A stretch of 64,000 bases of DNA from Octopus vulgaris (taxonomy: Eukaryota), in assembly GCA_951406725.2 (NCBI GenBank), contig OX597830.1, positions 66,216,001 to 66,280,000 on the forward strand. Reading direction: 5' to 3'. A program made the translations under genes and the position numbers. This document shows, piece by piece, positions 38,754 through 53,010 of the stretch. Numbering within the stretch: the stretch's first letter is position 1; every line of letters starts with the position of its first letter. The notes beneath the pieces were generated by a model. The model did no database searches. It saw nothing but the letters and a program-made list of their open reading frames with translations, and had not been told where the DNA came from.

Positions 38754-39748
38754 TCAGGTTGAGTAAAAAGAAAGCAATGTTTTTGAACCACGAACAATTT
38801 GTATTGGATTTTTGCAGAGTTTTGAATTTTTTAAACCTTTTTTGCAATTGTCTGATAATACAGACATAGATTGCCCAAATGCATCAATAAATCAACATTG
38901 ATATTCTTTTCACTGTTGTTACAATCATCTGAAATGGAACTGTCAAAGCACGATATTCAAGCAATTTTGCTATTCAGCTTCAGAAAAGGATGTAAAGCAG
39001 CTGAAACCGCTCATGATATCAATGAAACATCTGGTGAGGAAATGACTAGTGAGTGGTCAACTCAAAAATGGTTTAAACGATTTTGGAATGAAGACCTGAG
39101 CCTTGAAGATCGTGAGTGTAGTGGACACCCATCTGTCATTGATGACGGTCAATTAGGGACCGTCATTGAGAAAGATCCACATAAAACCACTCGAAAACTG
39201 GCAAAAGAACTTCAAGTGAACCAGAAAACTGCCTGCAACCATTTGCATGCAACTGGAAAATCAAAAGAGCTTGACAAATGGGTACCACATGATTTGAATG
39301 AAAATCAGAAAATGAGCAGATATGAAATTTACTCATTGCTTCTTCTCCATAACCAGACTGATTCATTTCTTGACTGTATTGTAAGTTGCAATGAAAGGTG
39401 GATTCTGTACAATAATAAAAAATGTTCTTTATAGAGTTTGGACCAAAATGAAGCACTGGAAACCTTCCCTAAACCCGGGGTGGTCTTCAAAAAGAAGGTT
39501 ATGGTGAATATTTGGTGGTGCACTGCTGGACTCATCCACTATAACTTCTTAAACCTAGAAAAACCATCAACGCAGAAACATATTGTCATGAAATTGCCAG
39601 AATAAATGAAAAACTGCTCCTCTACCATTCCAGTCTGGTCAACAGAAGAGAGCCAATCATTCTCCATGACAATGCTTGACCATATGTTTCACTAATGACA
39701 CTCCAGAAATTGAGGGAACGTGATTGCAAAGCTCTTCTCCCCACACCC
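38754..39748 (+). mobile_element. Mariner (DD34D type) element, 3'-truncated pseudo-transposase
   Basis: TA|TCAGGTTGAGTAAAAAG TIR; ORF 38871..39434 with mariner HTH and KWVPHDL; downstream LHDNA; stops and frameshifts. Confidence 0.9.
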
Positions 39749-40168
39749 ATGGATTGACCCCCAAGATATTGTGTAAAAGGTGCCAAACAATGGAATTGAA
39801 GCGAGGCCCTTGCAAATGTGCAAAAATGTAAGCACATATGCACACGCCCACACCCACGTACATGCACACACGAACACACACACAATCACACACATGCACA
39901 CACAAACAGATATATGGGCACACACACAAACATACACAAACACACACACACACACAAATACACACACACACACATACACACAAGCACACACAAATACAAA
40001 CACACTCACGCATATACACAAGCACACACTCACATACACATACAAGCATACACACACACACACAATCACACACATGCACACACAAACACATACATACATG
40101 AGCACACATGAGCACACACACAAACATACACAAACACACACACACAAATACACACACACATACACACA

Positions 40169-40211
<43 letters not shown>

Positions 40212-40603
40212 GCACACGCACACACACATCCCTTGTTGGCTTGGGGATTTGTGCAATTTGCTCATCAGTTGAGATGAAGCTGCAAGGACCTTCGCCAGCA
40301 GCAAACGTCCATGAAACTCAATTTTAACTGGAAGCTATGTTGTAAAAAAAAACAACAAAAAGCAACAACAACAATAAAATACAAAAAAACCCCAACAAGG
40401 TAGAAAAAGCAATTTAGCTATTTACTTTCATTCATGTTTATTACTGTTACTATTATTACAATTAGATTATAGTAATGTTATATATATGTGTGTGTATATA
40501 TGTGCATATGTTGCATATATATATGTGTGTGTGTGTGTGTGTGTAAATATTTATATATATACATAATAAACATACATGCATACATACATACATATATACA
40601 TAC

Positions 40604-40804
<201 letters not shown>

Positions 40805-40924
40805 GTATATATATATGTGCATCTATGCATGTGTGTTTGTATAGTGTATGTCTTTATGTATGCATTGTGTATTTGTATGAGTGTGTGTGTGTGTGTGTGT
40901 CTTTGTGTGTATGAAGTGTGAGGG

Positions 40925-40977
<53 letters not shown>

Positions 40978-41122
40978 CTGTGTGAAATAGAGAAGATGGA
41001 TTGTTATAGGACAGTTCTGAGATGTGCAAATAGAGCTGAGTGTGATGCTTTATTGATTAGCAGATCAATAACATTAGTATGCACTATGATTGATAAACAC
41101 CAGGTGACTCTCAGAGAGCATG

Positions 41123-41186
<64 letters not shown>

Positions 41187-44100
41187 TGAGTTAAAGTTAA
41201 AGAGCAAGTTAGAAGAAAAAAAAAGGAAGGCTGAGATAATACAGACAGATATGTATACAATGGAACTGAGACACAGACAGATAACAAGTTAGACCGACAG
41301 ACAGATAGACCGATACACAGATAGTTAGACTGATGAGCAGATGGAGAGATAGACTGACTAAGAGATAGAACAGAGGCAGAGAGTAACTGAGTGAAAGAAC
41401 AAATTGTCTCCCCTGTCTTTTACAATCAGAATTAATCATTTAAATTATACTCTTTTACTCTTTTACTTGTTTCAGTCATTTAACTGTGGCCATGCTGGAG
41501 CACCGCCTTTAGTCGAGCAAATCGACCCCGGAACTTATTCTTTGTAAGCCCAGTACTTATTCTATCGGTCTCTTTTGCCAAACTGCTAAGTGACGTATTC
41601 ATTCTTGTAATTTAATTTAAATTTTAATTAATTTAAATTTCTTTTGCTTACTGAGTAACATATTGCTCACTTTACTATGAGGTTTTCATGCAGCAAGTAC
41701 CCCTGAGTAATCAGAGTTAAAAACCTATATCTCCTAGCACTTTTTCGTCTTCTTTCTTTTACTTTTTTTTCAGACATTGGACTGTGACCAGGCTGGGGCA
41801 CTGCCTTGAAGTGTTTAGTTAAACAGATTGACCTCAGATCTTTTATTCATTCCGTCAGTCCATTTTGCTGAACTGCTAACATATGGGGACATAAACAAAC
41901 CGATACGGGTTGTCAAATGGTCAGGAGATAAACACAAATGCCCAAAAATATACACATAGAGGCACAGGCATGGCTGTGTGGTAAGAAGCTTGTGGCGAGC
42001 TGGCAGAAACGTTAGCACGCCAGGCAACATGCTTAGTAGTATTTCGTCTGAGTTCAAATTCCGCTGAGGTCGACTTTGCCTTTCATCCTTTCGGGGTTGA
42101 TAAATTAAGTACCAGTTACCCACTGGGATCGATGTAATCGACTTAATCCCTTTGTCTGTCCTTGTTTGTTCCCTCTATGATTAGCCCCTTGGGGGCAATA
42201 AAGAAATAAGAAGCTTGCTTTCCAACCACATGGTTCTGGGTTCGGTCCCACTGCATCATGGCAGCTTGGGCAAGTGTCTTCTACTATAGCTTTGGTTAAC
42301 CGAAGCCTTGTGAGGTGTCTTGCATCCAGTCCAAGAACTCTGCATACTGGAAGCCAGCAAGTGTATCGGATCATCAGGAGAGAATGTGTGCCGTTTCTGG
42401 GCCTCCCTCTCAACAGCATCAATGCGCACCGGCCTCCCACCTCACTGATATGAGGTCCCACTTGTTAGATAAACTGGTTATTAAATATAGCTTAATATTC
42501 TTCTAGCCATTGCTCATCGTCTATTTTAAACTAAATCCAGTGGCTTGCCTTCTCCACTGTAATTTGGATATCAGTCATAATGTTATTTACTTTATGATGT
42601 GTTGGGCCTAACAATAACATCAGTCATCTCACACTGTGTCCAACAAACCCTCTACATCCGGCTTCAATTGGAAAATGCTCCACTTTCCAGCCTGTGTCTT
42701 CACATTCCTCGAGGAGGTTTACATAACGGTCAATCTTTCGATTATGCCTCCACCTCCTCTAATTTTTCATCATCTGACACAAGATCACTTCCTCCAATGC
42801 CTCCTCTCCTCTCAAAATTCCTTGTCTTGCAAGTTACTTGCTGACCCTGATGGTGCTGGTGCCACATAAAAAATCATCCAGTCCACACTGTAAAGTGGTT
42901 AGCATTTGGAAAGGCATCAAGCTGTAAAAACCACTCCCAAACTGACCTCACCTGTGCTGGAGCCATGTAAAAAAAGCACTATCCACTATGTGGAGTAGTT
43001 GATGTTAGGAAGGGCATCCAGCCATAAAAACCCTGCCAAAACAGAGACAGTAGACTAGGATAGTCTTCTACTAGGCCGGATCCTGTCAAACCATCCAATC
43101 CATGCTTGCATGGAAGGTAGGTGATAAACAGTGATGATGATGATGATGATGATATATATCATCATCATCATCGTTTAACATCCGCTTTCCATGCTAGCAT
43201 GGGTTGGACAAAATGACTGAGGACTGGCGAACCAGATGGCTGCACCAGGCTCCAATTTTGATCTGACAGAGTTTCTACAGCTGGATGCCCTTCCTAATGC
43301 CAACCACTTTGAGAGTGTAGTGGGTACTTTTACATGCCACCGACATGAGGGCCAGTCAGGCGATACTGGCAACGGCCACACTCAAATAGTGCTTTTTACG
43401 TGGCACCTGCACAGGAGCCAGTCCAGCGGCACTAGCAACGACCTCGTTCGAATGTTTTTTCACATGCCATATATATATATACATAATAATATTAGGGAGT
43501 AAATCCAAACTTACAGGGAAAAATTAGATTTAGGATTTATTTATATATTTATACATTTATACCACTAATAGTGGTTTTATCTCTAATTTAATATAATATA
43601 TATATACATATATATATATATATACATACACATACAATGGACTTCTTTCAGTTTCCATCTATCAAATCCATTCACAAGGCTTTGGTTGGCCCTGAGCTAT
43701 AGTAGAAAAATGCTTGCACAAGGTGTCATGCAGTGGAACTGAACCAGAAAACCATGCGATTGGGAAGCAAACTTCTTACTAGACAGCCACACCAGCGCCT
43801 GTCTTTGTATGATGAAAGTCAAGTATCTTAGTCATAGCAACAGCAACACCATGACAATGATAAGATAACCAGTCCTGTGGCCATCCGTGCCCTCCTACCC
43901 TCTGTATAGTTATGTCATTTTGATGAGGTGATGCCAGCTCTCACTTTACAACAGGATATTACAACTGGGTGTATATGAACGGAAGTGTGTAGAGAAGACG
44001 CTGTCAGCAGATAAGCAGTGTGAGAAGATAGGGAGTCAATGTCTTTTGTTTCTTCTCTTTATTCTTATTCAAATGATAGTGGGAATATCATGCTGACAGG

Positions 44101-44300
44101 ATGTGGAAATACATAGCTCCACAAATAAAGAATAACTATCTGCTGTTTCTTTAGGGTTAGGGATTTTGTGTTTTGTTTGTGTTTTATTAAAAGAAAGAAG
44201 GCTACTAGAGCCATATCTTTTCACCAAACACAATATAATCATATAGAAAAAATAAAAATAAAAACATTAAGAATAAATAAAAATGTATAAATAAATAAAT

Positions 44301-44715
44301 AGGTGCAGGAGTAGCTGTGTGGTAAGTAGCTTGCTAACCAACCACATGGTTCCGGGTTCAGTCCCACTGCGTGGCACCTTGGGCAGGTGTCTTCTGCTAT
44401 AGCCCCGGGCCGACCAATGCCTTGTGAGTGGATTTGGTAGACGGAAACTGAAAGAAGCCTGTCGTATATATGTGTATATATATATATATGTATATGTATG
44501 TGTGTGTGTGTTTGTGTGTCTGTGTTTGTCCCCCTAGCATTGCTTGACAACCGATGCTGGTGTGTTTACGTCCCCGTCACTTAGCGGTTCGGCAAAAGAG
44601 ACCGATAGAATAAGTACTGGGCTTACAAAGAATAAGTCCCGGGGTCGATTTGCTCGACTAAAGGTGGTGCTCCAGCATGGCCACAGTCAAATGGCTGAAA
44701 CAAGTAAAAGAGTAA
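44301..44715 (+). mobile_element. SINE family A, full length
   Basis: Family match. Confidence 0.9.
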
Positions 44716-45079
44716 ATGAAAACTAGACAGAAGATTATAGATGTGTGTGTTTGTGTGTGCATGTGTGAAGGTGCTGACATGGCTGGGTCATTAAGAAGCT
44801 TGCTTCTGAACCATGTGGTCTCAGGTTCAGTCCTACAGCACTGCACCTTAGGCAATTGCTTTCTACAGTAATCCTGGACTGAATCATAAAATTATATATG
44901 GGTTTGGTATAGAACTTCAGGTAATCCTAAGATGAGATCCAAAGTTGGAAGTCCATCACTAGCTGACTTGGTAAATCTGTAGTTGCATTACCAATTTGAT
45001 AAGGTATGTTTTCACAGGCTGATTATACAAGAAAAAGCATAAATAATGGGCTTTATACATTTATTTATTTGTGCATCAT

Positions 45080-45193
45080 AGACTTACAGCTGTTTCTGAT
45101 ATTCATTTTAGGTGTGCTCATGGTTCTATTTTGGTCAATTGATCAATTGTAAAATGTGAACAACTGTTATAAATGCTATCATCTTCAGAGTCT
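45080..45193 (-). ncRNA. Type I hammerhead motif with long stem-II insert, GUA site
   Basis: Minus strand: AGACT CTGAAGA TGATA...TATCA GAAA CAGCTG TA AGTCT. Palindromic stem III ACAGCTGT; embedded in the inverted repeat 45029-45095 / 45196-45266. Confidence 0.7.
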
Positions 45194-45377
45194 GCAAACA
45201 GTTGTAAATCTACAATAAACAAATAAATAAATGTAAAAAAAAACCCCATTATTTACGCCTTTTCTTAGACACAAACAGGGTGTCTAAGAAAAATTTAGCC
45301 ATTGATGTTTCTTAATTATTCAAAATAAACTTAAGATAGGATAATGATAGACGATACAAAGAAAACAAGGACAGGTC

Positions 45378-45471
<94 letters not shown>

Positions 45472-45473
45472 CA

Positions 45474-46747
45474 CAAGGGTTGGACAAAATAATGGAAACA
45501 CCTTAAAATTTCAAACAAATTTCTTTTAATATGGGATAGGACCGTCTTTGGCAATAATTACTGCTTGAATTCTATGAGGTATGGACTTGTACAAAGTCTG
45601 AATTGTTTCCACAGGAATTTTTCTCCATTCTTCAGCTAAAACAGTCTGCAGTTCAATAATATTGAGATCTGGGGACTGTAGTGGCCAGATAAGAAGTTCA
45701 ACTTCACTAGAATGTTCCTTGTGCCATTCAGTAACAACTTTAGCTGTGTGAATTGGTGCATTATCATCATGAATGATTGTGTTTCCCTCCGTAAACAGTT
45801 CCACAATCATACTATGAATTTGATCAGATAAAATGCTTAAATAGTCTTGACTATTAATTCTGACATGAAGATAAACCACCGGGCTGGCAGGTTTCCAGGA
45901 TATAGCCCTTCAGATCATCACAGATCCTCCTCCATGTTTAATAGTTGGAAGAGGGCAGTCTGGGTCAAATGCTTATTTTGGATGTCTCCAAGTATATACT
46001 CAGCTGGTGGTCAGAAATAAGGTAAAGGATTACTTGTCCAAGAAAATAACATTCTTTCACTGCTCTAGGGACCAATTGTGTAGGTTTTTTTTACTCCACT
46101 CTAAATGCTTTGCAACATTTGTTTTTGAAAGTAGTGGTTTTCTGATTGCAGCCCTCCCATGAAATCCGGCTTTGTGCAGCTCCTGGCAATCAGTTTTTAT
46201 GGAAACTGGGTTCTGGAGGTGGTCATTAAGCTCTGCAGTAATTTTAGGAGCTATAAACCATTCACACTGGTGTAACATCATCATCCTCATCGTTTAGCGT
46301 CAGGTATTGTTGTATGTTGTATACTTTTGTAATCCTTTCTAACAATTCATGTAAGAGTCTGACGGTCCCTATCTGAAAGTTTTGGTTTTCTACTGGAGTT
46401 TTGTTTTGATGAGGAGGTTTTTCCCTCTTTCTCAAGGCTGAGATTACTTTCAAAACTACTTCTTGATACACCAAACATTTCAGCTGTTTTTGTTACACTA
46501 GCGCCTGCCATACGAACACCGACAATTTGATCTCTTTGAAAGTCCGATTGATCTGTCATTTTAATGAATTTTAATTACCTTTTTCTGATGATATCTGAAA
46601 AGATACAACAATTTTAGCAAAACATATTAAGCAACACTAATAATAAATCAAAAAACATAAAAATAAACAAGCTTTTGACGGTTATATGGATATTTCAAAA
46701 TTATAATGCTATAGTGCTAGATGGTTCCATTATTTTGTCCAACTCTG
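45474..46747 (-). mobile_element. Tc1-like (DD34E) element, near full length, decayed
   Basis: TIR ..GTTGGACAAAATAATGGAA at both ends; transposase pieces MTDQSDFQRDQIVG...GVSR, AAIRKPLLS, HDDNAPIH...WPLQSPDLNIIE. Confidence 0.9.
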
Positions 46748-46767
46748 TATATGTGTATATATATCTA

Positions 46768-46813
<46 letters not shown>

Positions 46814-47607
46814 ACATACACATACACACACACACATACATACACACACACGCACACAAACACACGCACACACACACACACATACACACACACGCACGCA
46901 CACACACACACACGCACGCACGCACACATACACACACACACGCACACACACACATACACACAAACACACACACACACAAACACACACACGCGTGCACACA
47001 CACACATACACACACACACACACGCTCACACTCACACACACACGCACACACTCACACTCACACACACACGCACACACACACACACACACACACATATACG
47101 TGACAGTATTGATAAAACGAAAGAATCATCCCCTTCCAGCCTTGAACCTTGCTTTGTAGTCACATGTTGTTCATAGAATATGTGACACACATACGTCGGC
47201 GGTCGGTCGGTTGAGACGTCTCTTCTTTGCACAGCTGTATTTCTTATCAATGCCATCGATCCTTAAACTCTCAAACACATTAATCCAATGAAAGTACGTG
47301 TCAGCAGGATTCTTACTTGCGTGGGAGTTTCTCCAGTTTGGGATATCAGCTTTACAGCAGTCAGCTCTGAGTTTTCTTCCATATTGACTTTCTTCTGGAG
47401 GGTATTTAAGGTAACGGTTAGGCACAGGCCTGGCTGTGTGATTAGGGAGGTCATTTTGCAATCATGTAGTTCTGAGTTCAATCCCACTTCCCAGCACCTT
47501 GAGCAAGTATCTCCTGTTATAGTCCTTGGCAGACCAATGTCTTGGGAGTGAATTTGGTTGGCAAAAAATGTGTTGAAGCCAGTTATACATACATACATAC
47601 AAGCAGA

Positions 47608-47644
<37 letters not shown>

Positions 47645-47664
47645 CATCATCATCATCATCATCA

Positions 47665-47955
47665 TGTGACCGACCAGATCATCAGATGTTGCTACACATC
47701 GCTGGTCACAATGCGCTTCGCATTGTTTTAGCCTTCGAATGACGCCACCCCGCTGGCTAAGCGAGCAGGCCAACAGAAGAGTGAGAGAAAGAGTGGTGAA
47801 AGAGTACAGCAGGGATCACCACCCCCTGCTGGAGCCTCGTGGAGCTCTTAGGTGTTTTCGCTCAATAAACACACACAATGCCCGGTCTGGGAATCGAAGC
47901 CGCGATCCTACGACCGCGAGTCCCCTGCCCTAACCGCTGGGCCATTGCGCCTCCA
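47665..47955 (-). mobile_element. SINE family B head with a third tail type ending in (GAT)n
   Basis: Head as 26547; tail ctgttggcctgctcgcttagccagcggggtggcgtcattcgaaggctaaaac...; the same tail is seen at 36750-36870. Confidence 0.75.
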
Positions 47956-48147
47956 CATATATATATATATATATATATATCATCATCATCATCATCATCA
48001 TCGTTTAACGTCCGCTTTCCACGCTAGCATGGGTTGGACGGTTCAACTGGGGTCTGGGAAGCCAGAAGGCTGCAGCAGGCCCAGTCTGATCTGGCAGTGT
48101 TTCTACAGCTGGATGCCCTTCCTAATGCCAACCACTCCGAGAGTGTA

Positions 48148-48179
<32 letters not shown>

Positions 48180-48244
48180 GTTTAAATATTTGTTGTGCAA
48201 GATTTTTTATTGGCTAAACTGGCAATATGACCATTCCGAAATAT

Positions 48245-48290
<46 letters not shown>

Positions 48291-48343
48291 AAAAATAGGT
48301 ATGCATTTGTGTGTGTGTGTGTGTGTGTATATACATATATATG

Positions 48344-49603
48344 TCAGATTGAGCAAAAAGCAAGCAATGTTTTGAGCCATGAAGAATTTGTATCAGATTT
48401 TTGCAGAGTTAAAAATTTTTTTAAACATTTATTTTGCAATTGTCTGATAATAGAGACATAGACTTGTCCCAAATGCACCAATAAATCAACATTGATATTC
48501 TTTTCCCCATTGTTACAATCATCTGAAATGGAACTGTCAAAGCATGATATTTGAGCAATTTTGCTATTCAACTTCATAAAAGGATGTAAAGCAGCTGAAA
48601 CTGCTCATGATATCAACGAAACATTTGGTGAGGAAATGACCAGTGAGTGGTCAGCTTGAAAAAGGTTGCCTTGATGATTGTGAGTGTAGTGGATGCCATT
48701 CTATCATCGAGGATGGTCAATTAAAGACTGACATTGAGAATGATCCATGTAAAACCACTTAAGAACTGGCAAAAGAACTTCAAGTTAGCCAGAAAAATGA
48801 CTGCAACCATTTGCATGCAATCAAAAAACAAAAAAAGCTCGACTAATGGGTACCACATGATTTGAATGAAAATCAGAAAATGAGCAGATATGAAATTTTT
48901 CTAGTTGCTTCTTCTCCATAACCAGACTGATCCACTTCTTGACTGTATTGTAATATGTTATGAAAAGTGGATTCTGTACAATAATAAAAATGTTCTTCAC
49001 AGTGGTTAAACCAAAATGAAGCACTGAAAACCTTTCCTAAACTTGAGCTCTTCACAAAGAAGGTTATGGTGACTGTTCGGTGGTGTACTGCAGGACTCAT
49101 CTACTATAGCTTCTTAAAACCTGGAAAAATCATTACTGCAGAAACATATTGCCATGAAATTGCCAAAACGAACGAAAAACTGCTACTCCTCCATCCCAGA
49201 CTGGTCAACAGAAGAGGGCCAATCATTCTTCATGACAATGCTTAACTGCATATTTCACTAATGACGCTCTAAAAGTTGAGGGAACTTGACTATGAAGTTC
49301 TTCCTCACCCAGCTTATTCCCTGGACCTTTCTCCTACCAACTACCACTTTTTCAAGGACCTTGATGATTTCCTGCAAGAGAAGGAATTAAAAATTAAAAC
49401 CCATGTTGAAATGTGTTCAAAGAGTTCATCAGCTCCAGAACTCCAGATTTTTATGTTACCGAAATAAACAAACTTGTAACTCATCGACAAAAATGTGTTG
49501 ATTGTCATGGTACTTACTTTGATGAATAAAATTTCTGCAGTGTTGAAATATATTGTGATGAATTACATGTTTCAAAATGTTCCTTACTTTTTACTCAGCC
49601 TGA
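48344..49603 (+). mobile_element. Mariner element, full length (~1.26 kb), decayed; same family as 38754
   Basis: TIRs TCAGATTGAGCAAAAAGCAAG / CTTACTTTTTACTCAGCCTGA|TA; motifs WVPHDL, HDNA, HPAYSLDLSPTNYHFF. Confidence 0.92.
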
Positions 49604-49842
49604 TATGTATGAAAATTACTTTGACGTTACTAATATTTTATTCATATCTCTCTGAACAATTGATGAATTTGCAGGCATGACTGTGTGGTAAGAAGCTTGC
49701 TTCCCAACTACATGGTTCCGAATTCAGTCCCACTGCATGGCAAGTTGGGCATGTGTCTTCTACTATAGTCTCTTCTACTATAGTCTCAGGCTGACCAAAG
49801 CCTTGTGAGTGGATTTGGTAGATGGAAACTGAAATAACATTT

Positions 49843-49885
<43 letters not shown>

Positions 49886-50433
49886 ATGAACAAGTGTTTG
49901 TGTGTGACTTAATATTTGTATTTGATCTCCACACCCTCACTTGTCATCTGGTGTTGGTTTATTTACATCACCACAACTTAGTGGCGTGGCAAAAGATACT
50001 GATAGAATAAGTACCAGACTTTAAAAAAATGCAACTACCGGTGTTGATTTGTTTGATTAAACCCTATATGGCGATGCCCCAGCATGGCCACAGTGCAATG
50101 AATGAAACAAATAAAAGCCAAAAGGAGATAAAAGATACCATTTAGTCAAGTATAGAGTTTCTGCTAACTCCCAAGATAGGATTTACTTTGGAATTCAGAA
50201 CTTCCTCAGATGAGCTATCTGGCATATTTGATTTGGTAACCTTTAATCTTCCAGCCCAGTTTGCTTTGAATAAGAATGGTGTTATTCCTTATCTTATTTG
50301 TCTGGATAAACACAAAGGTGATTTGCAAATAGAAATTAAGGTGATTTGTGGTCAATAACAGTCCAACCCTCAGAAGCATACAGCAGCATACAGAGTAGTA
50401 TAACAGCATACCATAATATTATATATACATACA

Positions 50434-50469
<36 letters not shown>

Positions 50470-50519
50470 TGTATGTATGTATGTATGTATGTATGTATGT
50501 ATGTGTGTATGTATGTATG

Positions 50520-50562
<43 letters not shown>

Positions 50563-50578
50563 ATATATATATTACGTA

Positions 50579-50750
50579 ATATAATTAGGGTTCAGTAAAA
50601 TAATTTACTTTACCACACACCGAACTTTTAGAAATAGCATCCCAAAAATTTTAGCTATTTCCTCTACTATAAGAAAAGTCTCTTTTGTCTGCTATTTCTA
50701 AAAGTTCGGTGTGTGGTAAAGTATATTTTTTTACTGAACCCTAATTATAT
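50579..50750. repeat. Near-perfect inverted repeat, ~61 bp arms and 50 bp spacer
   Basis: atataattagggttcagtaaaa...ttttagaaatagca (50579-50639) versus tgctatttctaaaagttcgg...accctaattatat (50690-50750). Confidence 0.9.
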
Positions 50751-50853
50751 AACATAATGTTTTAAATATACCGTAAATGGTCTTTTTACATACTGAACAC
50801 TACTTGGTAAAATTATTAATTAATTAATTAATTTTAGCCTTTTATTATTGACA

Positions 50854-50896
<43 letters not shown>

Positions 50897-50897
50897 C

Positions 50898-50942
<45 letters not shown>

Positions 50943-51059
50943 TACACACACACATACACACATAGTCTATTTTCTTTGGCTAGGTATTTCTCAATTGTGA
51001 TGTCTCTAACTCTCTGACCATATGAAGGGTCCTTAAGCTTCCATTCCAAATCCTCTTTT

Positions 51060-51560
51060 TTTTCAGGAACCAATTCCATGGCCCCCATGAATAGCATGGA
51101 AGATACCAGGCTGCCATCTGACATGCCCATTGAAACCCCCATCCATGAAGATTAGATCATTGTCACTTGTCTTTGAGGTAACCTGCAGAAGAATATCATA
51201 TAAGTGGTCTGTCTGTTCATTTGGTAGGCCTGCGTGTGGGGCGTAGGCAGATATAATTGTAGCTATGCTATTCTGCAAGACTAGCCTGAGCTTAAGTACT
51301 TTATTGCAAACTCTGACTATGTCTATGACCTTATCCACCCTTTTCTCAGCAAGAAGTATGCCTACACCACCTACTCTATCACTGTTACCTTCCCAGAAGA
51401 TTTATACTTATGTGTCTTGCCTGTGAGGAACCTGGCTGAAGCTCCTCTCCATCTTACCTCTTGGATGCAACATACATCAACTCGCCTCCATTCAAACATC
51501 TCTACAATCTCATTAGACCTACATTTCAATGTGCCTACATTTACAGTACCAACTCTGAAT
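51060..51560 (-). mobile_element. RTE LINE AP-endonuclease domain fragment
   Basis: Minus strand: VDVCCIQEVRWRGAS...GGVGILLAEK.VDKVIDIVRV...IISAYAP...GGFNGHV. Confidence 0.85.
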
Positions 51561-52979
51561 ACTGGGAAAGGGATGTGGGAGGGAACATGGGAAAGAGAGA
51601 TGTTATTGAATGCCTGAAAAGACGGTTTCTGTGACCGTTTGATACTAGACCTGTCATAACAGTTGTTCTTGCTTTTAAGCTGTCATCATTCAAACATGTT
51701 AAAATTGTTGCATTTACTGTGGTTGAGAGAAAGGTAAGCATTGTAAATATATGCGTTACCGCAGCAACAAATATAAATATAAATATGGCAATGTTAAATT
51801 AAGTAAGGTCTATATATATAGTGTGAAAGAGAGAGAGGGAGGGATGAGAGGAAGAAAATGGTTTGGAAATAGAGGTAGAGATGGAGATATGTAGGTCTTC
51901 TGATGCAGATTTGAGGCAGAGCTCTGTGTGAGTTTTCAGTATAAGGGAAGAGATTTCCGGCATAAGAGAAGTGATTATTGGTATACGAGAAAGGATTTCT
52001 GGTATTGGCGATGGGGGTGGGAAAGGTTAGGTGCATCATGAACAAGAAATGGCAGAAATGGCTAGCTTTCCCACAAGAAAATCGAAATAGCAGCAAAGGG
52101 CAATAGTGAAGTAAAGAACGCTGGAAACACATGAGTATTTAAAGGGGTCCGATTCTAGAAATTATTAGAGAAAGTAACAAATTATAGGTTACAAAGCTAT
52201 TTTAATTCATGAAATGGAAGAAATGGCTAGCTTCACCAGTGGGTGTATATTATAACACATACACACACATAAATATATATATAAATATACACATATATAT
52301 ATCTAGTAAGTGAATTGCAACAGCTAATGCAGGCTTTTATTTCATGAAGCTTTTTGAGGCATTGTGGGTAGTTGATTCTGCCACGTACTGTTAAGGGAAA
52401 ATTGCACAGTGCATGGAAATAATCAGTAATTATCAATGTGGTAACACGACAAGCAATAGATGCAGTTTGCTGATTCCGTTCTTATACGACTTTTCAGTAC
52501 ACTTATACATATACATGCATAAATGCAGGCATGCAGGCATGCATACATACATACATATATACATACATATATACATACATACATACATACATACATACAT
52601 AGATACATACGTACATACATATGCACATACAACTATATATATATGTATATATATATGTATATATATATAAATACACACACTTATATATGAATGTATGTAT
52701 GTATGTATATATATATATATATGTATGTGTAATGTATGCATGTATGTAGATATGCATACCTACATACATGCATATATATATATATATACATATATACATA
52801 TACACACATATATATATATATATATGTCTGTATAATGTATGCATGCATGTAGATATGCATACATACATACATACATATATGCATATATATATACATACAT
52901 ATATATATATATATATGTATGAATATATATATATATATGAGTGTATATATATGTGTGTGTGTGTGTGCGCATATGTAAG

Positions 52980-53010
<31 letters not shown>

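Noticed and set aside
38871-39434. SETMAR-like host gene
   Set aside because: Bounded by a mariner TIR, first catalytic Asp lost, premature stop, and a second decayed copy at 48344; it is a transposon relic.
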